Positions 28,372-36,779 of a stretch of 54,406 nucleotides of DNA are shown one piece after another (position 1 is the first letter of the stretch; every line of letters starts with the position of its first letter). The translations under genes and the position numbers were made by a program. A model generated the notes under the pieces. It saw nothing but the letters and a program-made list of their open reading frames with translations, searched no databases and was not told the DNA's origin. The stretch comes from a virus (taxonomy: Duplodnaviria > Caudoviricetes): positions 1-54,406 of the IMG/VR virus record IMGVR_UViG_3300020043_000644; one strand, written 5' to 3'.

Positions 28372-28824
28372 TTACCCTTTATGACCCCAAGTAAGGTACC
28401 AAGCAATGACTGCAGCCACTGCATAGCACATGAACATTGCTCTACGACTCTTTGCCAGATCTTGCTTAAACTCTCGATTAAGTTCATTGTCCTGTTTCTC
28501 TATCTTTTGTTTAATGGATTCGATTTCACCCCAGCGTTTACTGCCATGCCTCTTAATGAAATCAGCTTTTACTTTTGCTTCTTCAACACGAATGGTTTCT
28601 TGTCGTTGCCACTCTATCATTGCTCGTTTAAAGTATTGCTCTTTAAAGACCTGTGCTTCTCTTATCTGTCTTCTACGCTCTAGGTCTTTCTGCTGGGCTG
28701 CTGATGCAGCTTCCTTCTGTACATCGGTAATACTCTTTGTAATAGAATGACTAGCCTCACGACTAGCATCCATACTACTTGTTACAGACTTTGCTCCTTC
28801 TATAAATCCAAATTGATCTGACAT
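28372..28824 (-). CDS. coiled-coil protein with C-terminal TM helix (lysis module)
   Basis: Charged coiled coil plus hydrophobic C-terminus. Confidence 0.6.
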   Translation of the reverse strand: MSDQFGFIEGAKSVTSSMDASREASHSITKSITDVQKEAASAAQQKDLERRRQIREAQVFKEQYFKRAMIEWQRQETIRVEEAKVKADFIKRHGSKRWGEIESIKQKIEKQDNELNREFKQDLAKSRRAMFMCYAVAAVIAWYLTWGHKG

Positions 28825-28832
28825 ACATAGGC

Positions 28833-29045
28833 TTACTTTCTAAATATTAAATCAGCCATCCATGTTACAAAGCCACCAAATACTGAGGCAGCACCCATGA
28901 TTGCCCACAAGGAACCCTTAGATCTTTCAGCCATCATGACAAGCTTCTTAATGTCAGCTTCCATAATGTCAATCTTCTTCTCCATGGTTTCTACTTGGGC
29001 TACAAGTTTCCCATATTTATAGGGGTCTAAGAAATCTTCACTCAT
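28833..29045 (-). CDS. small coiled-coil/TM protein (XhlA/holin-like)
   Basis: YGKL.AQV...KG.W plus TM segment. Confidence 0.6.
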   Translation of the reverse strand: MSEDFLDPYKYGKLVAQVETMEKKIDIMEADIKKLVMMAERSKGSLWAIMGAASVFGGFVTWMADLIFRK

Positions 29046-29305
29046 TTAGGATACTTCGCTTTCACGGCTAGGCAATCCGCTATGTATTTATCAATCTGTG
29101 CTTGGTCACCTTTTACTACACCATCAATGTAATCGGTGATAGGTGGATATTCTGATGCTCGTTTAGCAATATAAGCATGGGCATCAACATAAGCCTGTAC
29201 TGCATCTTTATCGTATGCGACTTCGTTACCATCGGCATCGTAGGCTACATCGCCACGAACAGTTACTACTGTGGGGTTTAGTTTGTAAATAGTATCGTGG
29301 TTCAT
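29042..29305 (-). CDS. tail-fibre chaperone-like protein (paralog of 32448-32711)
   Basis: KRASEYP...VKAKYPK. Confidence 0.7.
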   Translation of the reverse strand: MNHDTIYKLNPTVVTVRGDVAYDADGNEVAYDKDAVQAYVDAHAYIAKRASEYPPITDYIDGVVKGDQAQIDKYIADCLAVKAKYPK

Positions 29306-29778
29306 CCTGCAATCTCCATAAGAACTATTGTTGCCGTAATTGATCCAAACCTAGCAGACGCAAGACCATTTGAACTCCTAACTTGCGTTTTATATGTTGT
29401 TGATGAAGTTGTAGCTGGAGAGTCCAAATATGTGTAACCAGTATTAATATAAAGTAATGAAGCACTAGACGCTGTATATACATTTACTATTGTTGCGAGT
29501 GCCGTAGCACCCCTTACAAGTTGAAGTATTGCATTTAAATCATTAGTTTGTTTGCCAATATCTTGTGAAACCATTACAAGTATTTTGCTTGTTGAAAATT
29601 TTGGGGTAATAGAAGCACTTAGTCCTGTATCAATAAAACTAGAAGATGATGTAGTGGTATCTGATGGTCCAAATGTACCTTGAACCACTTGCAATACACT
29701 ACCTACTGGTAATGCGGCACTAGGAATAGACTGACCGCTTGCCAGTATCATCCCGCCTTGTACTTGTGTTAATGCCAT
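29302..29778 (-). CDS. receptor-binding/tail-fibre tip protein (paralog of 32708-33217)
   Basis: GSVLQVV...TGLSASITP..TSKI...LDSPATTS.TTYK...MEIA. Confidence 0.7.
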   Translation of the reverse strand: MALTQVQGGMILASGQSIPSAALPVGSVLQVVQGTFGPSDTTTSSSSFIDTGLSASITPKFSTSKILVMVSQDIGKQTNDLNAILQLVRGATALATIVNVYTASSASLLYINTGYTYLDSPATTSSTTYKTQVRSSNGLASARFGSITATIVLMEIAG

Positions 29779-29788
29779 ATTCTATCTC

Positions 29789-29998
29789 CTAGGGTAGCGT
29801 TGCTACGTATGTTTTTGCCTGTTCGGGCGTCATCGTGTTCCCATCCGCATCTTGAAGTTGGGCTTCGTCAGCAAGGATTTCTTTCTTGAAGTTTGCGTAG
29901 TCGGTGTTGGCTGGGTCAAATGGGATAGCAGAGCCATCACTTAGACGAAGAACGCTTTGAAAGGTTGCATCTGGATTGACTGGAATAGTCTTGTACAT
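29789..29998 (-). CDS. tail-fibre chaperone-like protein (paralog of 33217-33438)
   Basis: IPFDPANTDYANFK...QLQDADGNTMT.EQAK. Confidence 0.7.
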   Translation of the reverse strand: MYKTIPVNPDATFQSVLRLSDGSAIPFDPANTDYANFKKEILADEAQLQDADGNTMTPEQAKTYVATLP

Positions 29999-31075
29999 TT
30001 ATAACTCCGAAGAAAATTGAAGTGTTGCATCAGCCCTAAAAGTTGCAACATAGTTGTCCGCAAGACCGCTAAATCCACCAAGAGATAGTGGCATAAAAGT
30101 GTAATTATTAGAAATTGATAACACAGTAACAGTAGTTGAAGTAGAAGATGAAAACCCACCTTGCGTAAAAGCATACTTAGTACCAGCACCCAAAGTTGGG
30201 GTTGGTGTAGCCCTCATGGGGACTGGAGCTTGTATACCAAAATAAACTATATTAGTACCTTGTTGTTTGCCAGCAATATATGTGAAGGTATCGCCACTAA
30301 TTTGCCAGTAATAGCGTTGGCAAAGCTGTAACTCAGTTCCATAAGGTCTGTAATCAAAGCTAGTAGCTGTAGAGCCTACCTCTAATTGCACACCAGTAAT
30401 GTAGAATGTTGCTCCGTTTGTACCGACTACGGAGGTTGCTCCTGTGGGAGCGTAATAAGAACCTGCCGCCCATGCGTTTGCTGTTGTGCTTCCAGTTGAG
30501 CCTGTCCCTAAATTAAACCAAGCGTACAAGCCCACGCCGTTAGTTGCGCCAATCCATGTGCCAGTTGTGTCGCCAGCAATCGTTACAGACTTTTGTTCCC
30601 ATGTGTTTGCCGTAGAAACTGTGTAGCTAAACGGGTAGCTTCTACTGTAAGCACTGTTATTAATAGCGCCTCCAAAAGTTCCTGTCAGGCTTGAGCGAAC
30701 CCAAAATGACAATGTAATTGTCGAAGCGCCAGCAGCGCCAAACCCCAAATCCGAGGTGTTAAAACCTTCTAGCGCCTGACCAATTAAAAAATAATCGCTT
30801 GATACAACCGAGTAAGCTGAAGACGAAGTAACACCTAAATAATTTTTAAACCCAAAAGGAGGCGTAACAGCGCCAGCGTTTTGTTGCACTGTAAATTTAC
30901 TAGCTTGCGTGGTAGCTACCCTAAATCTATCCAATGTGTACTCCATATTTGATGGAGTCACACTCGCCCCCGCATTCCTTTGGTCTATCACCATCGCACC
31001 ATTGATGATTCTGTTCTTGAATCCTTGTGATACCCCCGTAGAGGCTTGTTGGGCTAACGCAACGGCTTGTGTCAT
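29999..31075 (-). CDS. receptor-binding tail protein with carbohydrate-binding-like domain (paralog of 33440-34738)
   Basis: FKNRIING.MVIDQRNAG...YITGVQLEVG...EL.LCQRY. Confidence 0.75.
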   Translation of the reverse strand: MTQAVALAQQASTGVSQGFKNRIINGAMVIDQRNAGASVTPSNMEYTLDRFRVATTQASKFTVQQNAGAVTPPFGFKNYLGVTSSSAYSVVSSDYFLIGQALEGFNTSDLGFGAAGASTITLSFWVRSSLTGTFGGAINNSAYSRSYPFSYTVSTANTWEQKSVTIAGDTTGTWIGATNGVGLYAWFNLGTGSTGSTTANAWAAGSYYAPTGATSVVGTNGATFYITGVQLEVGSTATSFDYRPYGTELQLCQRYYWQISGDTFTYIAGKQQGTNIVYFGIQAPVPMRATPTPTLGAGTKYAFTQGGFSSSTSTTVTVLSISNNYTFMPLSLGGFSGLADNYVATFRADATLQFSSEL

Positions 31076-31293
31076 ACCGATAATCCTTTCAATTCTTCTA
31101 GGCTGGTTGCATCATCAGCTAGTTTAGTAATATCTCTGAGCCTTTGTTTCTCAGCTACAATAGCAGTTGTATCAGCACCACTTTCTAATGCTCGTTGAAA
31201 CGCTACATCCTGTGCTTGTAATAGCGGAGTGCGTTCTGCTCTTAAGCGGTCTTTAGTAATTGCTTTAGCTTTGGTTAAGTTAATCGTAATCAT
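31072..31293 (-). CDS. tail-fibre assembly chaperone-like protein
   Basis: R.ER.PLL...DV.FQRALE...KQRLRDIT; start re-placed at 31293. Confidence 0.7.
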   Translation of the reverse strand: MITINLTKAKAITKDRLRAERTPLLQAQDVAFQRALESGADTTAIVAEKQRLRDITKLADDATSLEELKGLSV

Positions 31294-31475
31294 GCTGTGT
31301 ACTCCCATGCGTTACGGAATGTGCGGTCAGTAGGAATGTCTGCAACATCCACAATCTTGTATGGTTTGCCTTGCGGAACATCTTTAGCGGCAATCTGTTC
31401 AATAGTTAATCCGCAATCGGCTGGCACAATAATTGATACACCATCTTCAGTAGGGTAAATAATTCGTTGGTTCAT
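31290..31475 (-). CDS. tail-fibre chaperone-like protein
   Basis: IAAKDVP.GKPYKIV...PTDRTFRNAWE. Confidence 0.7.
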   Translation of the reverse strand: MNQRIIYPTEDGVSIIVPADCGLTIEQIAAKDVPQGKPYKIVDVADIPTDRTFRNAWEYTA

Positions 31476-31484
31476 AGTTGTCCT

Positions 31485-32447
31485 TTAGCGAAAGATGGTT
31501 ACAGAATTAAAGTCAGCGTCAAATGCACCTCTTTGTCCACCTGTTCCAGAAACATAATACGAGAATATTCTTAGTGACGAACTTGTAATTGGTGTGCCTG
31601 AGTCTAGCGGTGCACATTCATAACCAGATATATTACAAGACCAAGAATAATTCGCATCAGGCATTGCGTTTGTAAAATTAACTGTAAAATCCCCTGTTCC
31701 ATTATCTGTAATAGAGGTTACATTACCACTAGCACGAATAAATACAGTACCAGTGCCATTAAAGTTTACCCATGCACGACAGCCGTATGCCGTAGCGGCA
31801 GAACCATAACCTGAGTTAAAAGATAAATCACCGCCTGAAGTCCAAGACGGTCCACCAGTAGAAATTTTTGCTGGGGTTACATTCGCATCTGCTATCTTTG
31901 CTGTAGTAACTGCACCAGTATTTAAGTAGGTATCCGTTACAGCATTTGCCACTGCTGGGATAGCGTTTAGCACACTGCTTACATAGAACGACTCCACGAC
32001 TACCAAGTCACCTGAACTAGCAGCAGATGCTAATACGACTGTCGTGCCGTTAGTAGCGGTGTAGTCGGCTGTGCCTAGTAATGCACCATTACGGTAGACG
32101 TTGATATATCCGACTGTGTAAGACGGTGGGGTGAAGGTAGTCTGTCCTGCGGTTGCTGTGAACTCCGTGACAGTACGATAAGCCGTAGTAGTTACGCCAG
32201 ACGCTGGGATACCTAGAAAGCGTACTGAGATGTTGCCTGTTCCCGCTGGAGGAGCAGCAGAGAAGGTTAGGGCTGTGCCTGAGACACTATATGTAGAGGG
32301 ATCTTGTAAGACCCCTGAGACCGCCACGATGATGGAGTTTGTATTTGCGGGTGCGGCAGATAGCGTGAATACCGTACCTGATCCATTAGCGGAAAAGGTA
32401 TCCGTCAAAAACGCTGTAGTTGTTGGTTGGTTACCTATGTAGGACAT
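31485..32447 (-). CDS. tail-fibre/receptor-binding protein
   Basis: MSYIGNQP N-terminus, two beta-sandwich repeats, C-terminal CRAWVNFNGTG...SITDNGTG. Confidence 0.75.
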   Translation of the reverse strand: MSYIGNQPTTTAFLTDTFSANGSGTVFTLSAAPANTNSIIVAVSGVLQDPSTYSVSGTALTFSAAPPAGTGNISVRFLGIPASGVTTTAYRTVTEFTATAGQTTFTPPSYTVGYINVYRNGALLGTADYTATNGTTVVLASAASSGDLVVVESFYVSSVLNAIPAVANAVTDTYLNTGAVTTAKIADANVTPAKISTGGPSWTSGGDLSFNSGYGSAATAYGCRAWVNFNGTGTVFIRASGNVTSITDNGTGDFTVNFTNAMPDANYSWSCNISGYECAPLDSGTPITSSSLRIFSYYVSGTGGQRGAFDADFNSVTIFR

Positions 32448-32711
32448 TTAGGCTCCTTTGGGGTATTTATTTTTTACGGCTTGAATCTGTGCCTTCCAAG
32501 CATCTAAGCCTTCGTGGAAGATTGTGTCAAACTGGTCGGCATAGGAGGGGTACTCGGCTGCTCTCTGGTACTTATATGTGTCTGGGTCAACCCAAGCGTT
32601 TACTGCGGCTAGGTCAATCTCAACCTTGTTGCCGTCTTTGTCAAAAGCACCAGCACCGTCATCAACAGTAACGACTTGTGGATATATTGCTATAATAGCT
32701 TTATGGTTCAT
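32448..32711 (-). CDS. tail-fibre chaperone-like protein
   Basis: YQRAAEYPS..DQ.D...VKNKYPK. Confidence 0.7.
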   Translation of the reverse strand: MNHKAIIAIYPQVVTVDDGAGAFDKDGNKVEIDLAAVNAWVDPDTYKYQRAAEYPSYADQFDTIFHEGLDAWKAQIQAVKNKYPKGA

Positions 32712-33217
32712 GCTGCTATCTCCATGACTGTAATTGTAGATGTAAACGCAGTATCAGTAGAAGAACGCCTGTTAACATATTGTGTTCCAGTATTTGATTT
32801 CATTTGCAATTTATAAGTCGTAGCTGATGTTGTGGCTGGAGAATCTAAGAAATTAATTGCTAAAGGCAAAATGTTATCGCCAAGGTCTAAGTATGCACAA
32901 AAAGTTCCAGCAAATGCTGGCGTTGTTGCTGGCTGAGAAATATTAGTAGAATTTCTTACTAAGTTAAAAGTATTTAATCCTGCACCGCCACTTGAAGATA
33001 CGGCAAGGTTAACAATAATAAAAATTTTGCTTGTTGCACTTGTTGGTGTAATTGTTGCTGACAGTCCAGTAATGTCAACAAAAGTACCGCCAGTCATTGA
33101 AAATGTATCCGTCTTTGTTGTGCTAACCACTTGCAACACAGAACCAGCACCTAATTTAGAAGTGCTAATTCCAGCCGCAGCCGCAATACTCGCATTGTTT
33201 ATAAAGCTGACAGCCAT
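32708..33217 (-). CDS. receptor-binding/tail-fibre tip protein
   Basis: GSVLQVVS...ITGLSATITP...LDSPATTSATTYK...MEIAA. Confidence 0.7.
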   Translation of the reverse strand: MAVSFINNASIAAAAGISTSKLGAGSVLQVVSTTKTDTFSMTGGTFVDITGLSATITPTSATSKIFIIVNLAVSSSGGAGLNTFNLVRNSTNISQPATTPAFAGTFCAYLDLGDNILPLAINFLDSPATTSATTYKLQMKSNTGTQYVNRRSSTDTAFTSTITVMEIAA

Positions 33218-33438
33218 TATGGTAACTCCTTCACAAAGTCTTTTGCCTGTTCTGCGGTCATGGTGTTGCCGTCTGCGTCTTGTAACTGCGCCTTGTCTTC
33301 GAGGATGGCGGTCTTGAAGTTAGCGTAGTCGGTGTTGGCTGGGTCGAATGGGATGCAAGCGTTGTCTGATAATCGAATAACAACAATAGATTCTGAAGTT
33401 GCGCCTGTAATATCTTTGCAATGTTGTAATTTATACAT
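33217..33438 (-). CDS. tail-fibre chaperone-like protein
   Basis: IPFDPANTDYANFK; start re-placed at ATG 33438. Confidence 0.7.
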   Translation of the reverse strand: MYKLQHCKDITGATSESIVVIRLSDNACIPFDPANTDYANFKTAILEDKAQLQDADGNTMTAEQAKDFVKELP

Positions 33439-33439
33439 T

Positions 33440-34738
33440 TTATAACTCCGCACTTGCTGTCATGTTGGTTGCAGCATCCCAATAACTTGTACCAGAACCT
33501 AATTGAAAAGATACATAGTCAATTCCAATATTTGTTGAGGTTGGGTTTGCACCAGCCCAATTACTAGAAACTATTGTTGGAATAGCACGCATGGTAACTT
33601 TGTAAAAAATAGGTAGCCAAGCATTAGTTAAACTTCCGTTATAAGGAACTCCAATTAAAGCTGTCCCACTAACCGCAGCAAGTTTATAAAAATACCTCTG
33701 ACACAAAGCCAATTCAGCACCGTATGAACCACCCGCTGTTGTGAAGGTCGTTGCCTGTGTGCCTACCTCTAGCTGAACTCCAGTAATGTAGAAGGTAGCA
33801 CCGTTTGTTCCTACTACAGATGTTGCTCCAGAAAATGACCAAACATTAGAAGCGTTCCATGAGTTTGCAGTTCCATGTCTGTCTGAGCCAGTTCCAAGTG
33901 CAAACTCAACAATAGCACATCGATTATTAGATGTTGCCCAAGTTCCACTTGTTGCTCCAGTAATCGTAACCGACTTTTGTTCCCAAGTGTTTGCGGCAGA
34001 AATACTATAACTAAACGGATAGTTATAGTCCGAAGCATTATTCCTAATTGCACCAGCAAAAGTACCAGTTAGGGAACTTCTTACCCAAAATGAAACGGTA
34101 ACTGTTTTAGCATTAGCCGTACCCCAACTTAGGTCAGCTAGGTTAAAACCTTCTATTGGCTGGTTTACAGAGAAAAAATCACTTGCTACGACAGAATATG
34201 CTGATGAAGAAGTTACCCCAAGATATTTTGTAAACCCAACAGGAGGGGTAACCGAACCTGCATTTTGTTGAACTGTGAATTTAGAAGATTGAGTTGCTCT
34301 AGAAATCCATCTGTCTATTGTATATTGCTCGTCAGTAGGAGTAACACTAGCACCAGCGTTCCTTTGGTCAATAACCATGTTGCCGTTGATAATGCGGTTC
34401 TTAAAGCTAATACCTAAATCACCCTGAACATTACTGTCTAATGTATTCCAGCTAACCGTTCCCTGACTTGGTGTAATCGCCTGAGTCGTGGTGCTGAGGT
34501 AACGCACGTAGACGTTCTGTGTGCCAGAGCTTGGTGCAGAGGTAAAGGTAATAGTCGTACCGCTGATGGTATACGCATCATTCGGGACTTGAACAACGTT
34601 GTTGACTACCGCCTGAATGTCATTAACAGAGGCTACCGTGCGGGATAAGGTAAACGCAGTAGTAGATCCGTTGCCGTTGAAGTAGTCAGTGCCAGAGATA
34701 AAACTCTGGGTGGTTGGTGTATTACCAAGATATGCCAT
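33440..34738 (-). CDS. tail-fibre/receptor-binding protein
   Basis: MAYLGNTP N-terminus, one beta-sandwich, then the FKNRIING domain. Confidence 0.75.
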   Translation of the reverse strand: MAYLGNTPTTQSFISGTDYFNGNGSTTAFTLSRTVASVNDIQAVVNNVVQVPNDAYTISGTTITFTSAPSSGTQNVYVRYLSTTTQAITPSQGTVSWNTLDSNVQGDLGISFKNRIINGNMVIDQRNAGASVTPTDEQYTIDRWISRATQSSKFTVQQNAGSVTPPVGFTKYLGVTSSSAYSVVASDFFSVNQPIEGFNLADLSWGTANAKTVTVSFWVRSSLTGTFAGAIRNNASDYNYPFSYSISAANTWEQKSVTITGATSGTWATSNNRCAIVEFALGTGSDRHGTANSWNASNVWSFSGATSVVGTNGATFYITGVQLEVGTQATTFTTAGGSYGAELALCQRYFYKLAAVSGTALIGVPYNGSLTNAWLPIFYKVTMRAIPTIVSSNWAGANPTSTNIGIDYVSFQLGSGTSYWDAATNMTASAEL

Positions 34739-34748
34739 GGTCTACCTC

Positions 34749-35075
34749 TTAGGCTATTTCTAACAATGAGCAAACTACATCGGCACTGCTTGCAGCTGAA
34801 GATATTACTTTTAATGCATCCGCAGCTTCTAATACAACCTTCTGATCTCCACCTACAATAACCAATGATCCACCTACAGGTACCGTAGCACCCTTGATCA
34901 AGTAGTAGTCTACTGCTGAAGAAGTGACATACGCATCACAAGTGATTGGGGACGATGTAGTATTAGCTACTGACAGTCCGATCAATGTAGTTTGTGTTGC
35001 CGAAGGAGCAGTGTATATCGTGGCAGCAGATGTGTCTACACTTTTACTGAAAGAGTTCTTGAATGTATTTGCCAT
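34749..35075 (-). CDS. small tail-fibre adaptor-like beta protein
   Basis: MANTFK...IYTAP...LLEI; follows a fibre ending in ALSIALG. Confidence 0.65.
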   Translation of the reverse strand: MANTFKNSFSKSVDTSAATIYTAPSATQTTLIGLSVANTTSSPITCDAYVTSSAVDYYLIKGATVPVGGSLVIVGGDQKVVLEAADALKVISSAASSADVVCSLLEIA

Positions 35076-35100
35076 TTTATTTAGTTTCCTTAATTGTTAC

Positions 35101-36771
35101 TCAGCCCAACGCAATGGATAAAGCTACTGCTGTACCTGCAGGATCACCAGAAGTAATAGTTGTAAATGATAAAGTCCCCGATCCATTTGTTTGTACTACC
35201 TGTCCATTTGTACCATCAGTAGTAGGTAATGTGAATGCCCCTACGAAAGAAGTTAAGTTACTATCATATGCCTGTATGTCGGTACCAATTGTTAAACCTA
35301 AAGATGTCTTTAGTGTGGCTCCCGATTCAGCTACAAAGTTAGTGCCATTACCGATAATGACTGCGTTATCTGTTGGTGTTAAACCAGCAATGTCAGCTAA
35401 CTGTGCGTCATAGCCCTGCACATCTGTACCAATTGCAAGACCTAGTGAGGTCCTTAGTGTGTTACCAGATTCAAGTACAAAGTTAGTACCGTTACCAACA
35501 ATGACTCCATTATCTGTTGGTGTTAGTCCGGCAATGTCTGCAAGCTGGGCATCGTAGCCTTGTACATCCGTACCGATTGCAAGACCTAATGAAGTTCTTA
35601 AGGTATTGCCTGACTCAATTACAAAGTTAGTACCATTGCCGATTATAACACTATTATCGGTAGGAGTCAATCCTGCAACATCAGCTAACTGTGGATCGTA
35701 ACCTTGTACGTCTGTGCCAATTGCTAGACCAAGAGCAGTTCTTGCAGCACTTGCAGAAGTAGCACCTGTACCACCATTAGCAATAGGCAATGTGCCAGTA
35801 ATATCGGCAGTACTAATATTGAGATCATCCCAAGAGGTATTAGTACCATCCGATTTTAAATACTTACCATTAGCACTAGCCTGAGATGGTAATAGATTAT
35901 TGATAGCAGCGTTAGCTGTAGAAGCACCAGTACCACCATCGGCAATAGCTAAGTCAGTAATGCCAGTGATAGAGCCGCCAGAGATGGTTACGTTACTTGC
36001 ATCCTGTGTAGCAATAGAACCTAAGCCTAAAGAAGTTCTTGCTGTAGAGCCTGACTCCCCTACGAAGTTAGTACCGTTACCTACAATAAAGTTATTGTCA
36101 GTTGGGGTAAGACCAGCAATGTCTGCTAGTTGTGCATCATAGGCTTGAACATCGGTACCAATCGCTAGACCTAAGAAAGACCTAGCAGATGGACCACCAG
36201 CACCTAAAGTAGTCAGGTCAGCATCATACGCTTGAACGTCAGTGCCAATGGCTAGTCCAAGTGAAGTACGAGCAGTAGCCCCAGTCTCAATTACAAAGTT
36301 AGTACCATTACCAATAATGATACCGTTGTCTGTGGGGCTTAAACCTGCAATGTCAGTAAGCTGTGCATCTAATGGTTGCTTATTATCTAACTGGGTTTGA
36401 ATAGCAGAGGTAACACCGTCAACATAATTTAACTCAATACCCGTGGGGGTAATGACAGTGCCATTTATTTCTAGGGTATCAATGTATGCAGTACCATCAA
36501 TGTACGCATCTTTGAATTGGAATGTAGCAGAACCTAAGTCTACCGTATCGTCTGTCTTGGGGGTTACTGCACCTGTGGATACAACAAGATCTTGAGCAGG
36601 ACCTACCTTAGTAATCGGGGCACCATTATTGGCACCGTCATGATTGTGTCCAGTTGAGGCACTGAAGGCTGATTGTAACGCATCAAACTCGCCATCTAAG
36701 TCTGACGCATTAATAATATTACCATCAGCAATGTTATTAACCGAGTCGTTACGGATGTATCCAGTACCCAT
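35101..36771 (-). CDS. proximal tail fibre with 48-aa repeats
   Basis: N-terminal anchor (A.DL..EF..GHNHDG); repeats of GLAIGTDVQ.YD.QLAD.AGLTPTDN..I.GNGTNFV.ESG. Confidence 0.8.
   Translation of the reverse strand: MGTGYIRNDSVNNIADGNIINASDLDGEFDALQSAFSASTGHNHDGANNGAPITKVGPAQDLVVSTGAVTPKTDDTVDLGSATFQFKDAYIDGTAYIDTLEINGTVITPTGIELNYVDGVTSAIQTQLDNKQPLDAQLTDIAGLSPTDNGIIIGNGTNFVIETGATARTSLGLAIGTDVQAYDADLTTLGAGGPSARSFLGLAIGTDVQAYDAQLADIAGLTPTDNNFIVGNGTNFVGESGSTARTSLGLGSIATQDASNVTISGGSITGITDLAIADGGTGASTANAAINNLLPSQASANGKYLKSDGTNTSWDDLNISTADITGTLPIANGGTGATSASAARTALGLAIGTDVQGYDPQLADVAGLTPTDNSVIIGNGTNFVIESGNTLRTSLGLAIGTDVQGYDAQLADIAGLTPTDNGVIVGNGTNFVLESGNTLRTSLGLAIGTDVQGYDAQLADIAGLTPTDNAVIIGNGTNFVAESGATLKTSLGLTIGTDIQAYDSNLTSFVGAFTLPTTDGTNGQVVQTNGSGTLSFTTITSGDPAGTAVALSIALG
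35270..35730. repeat. degenerate 144-bp tandem repeats in the fibre gene (further copies at about 36030-36370)
   Basis: ACAAAGTTAGT recurs at 35333, 35477 and 35621 (144-bp period). Confidence 0.8.
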
Positions 36772-36779
36772 GTTTTACC

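Noticed and set aside
29042-34738. Shufflon or diversity-generating retroelement acting on the tail cassettes
   Set aside because: All cassettes face the same way; I see no inverted crossover sites, no adjacent invertase, no reverse transcriptase and no adenine-specific TR/VR pair.
35270-36370. CRISPR-like array
   Set aside because: The repeats are in-frame 144-bp coding units with synonymous divergence and no unique spacers.
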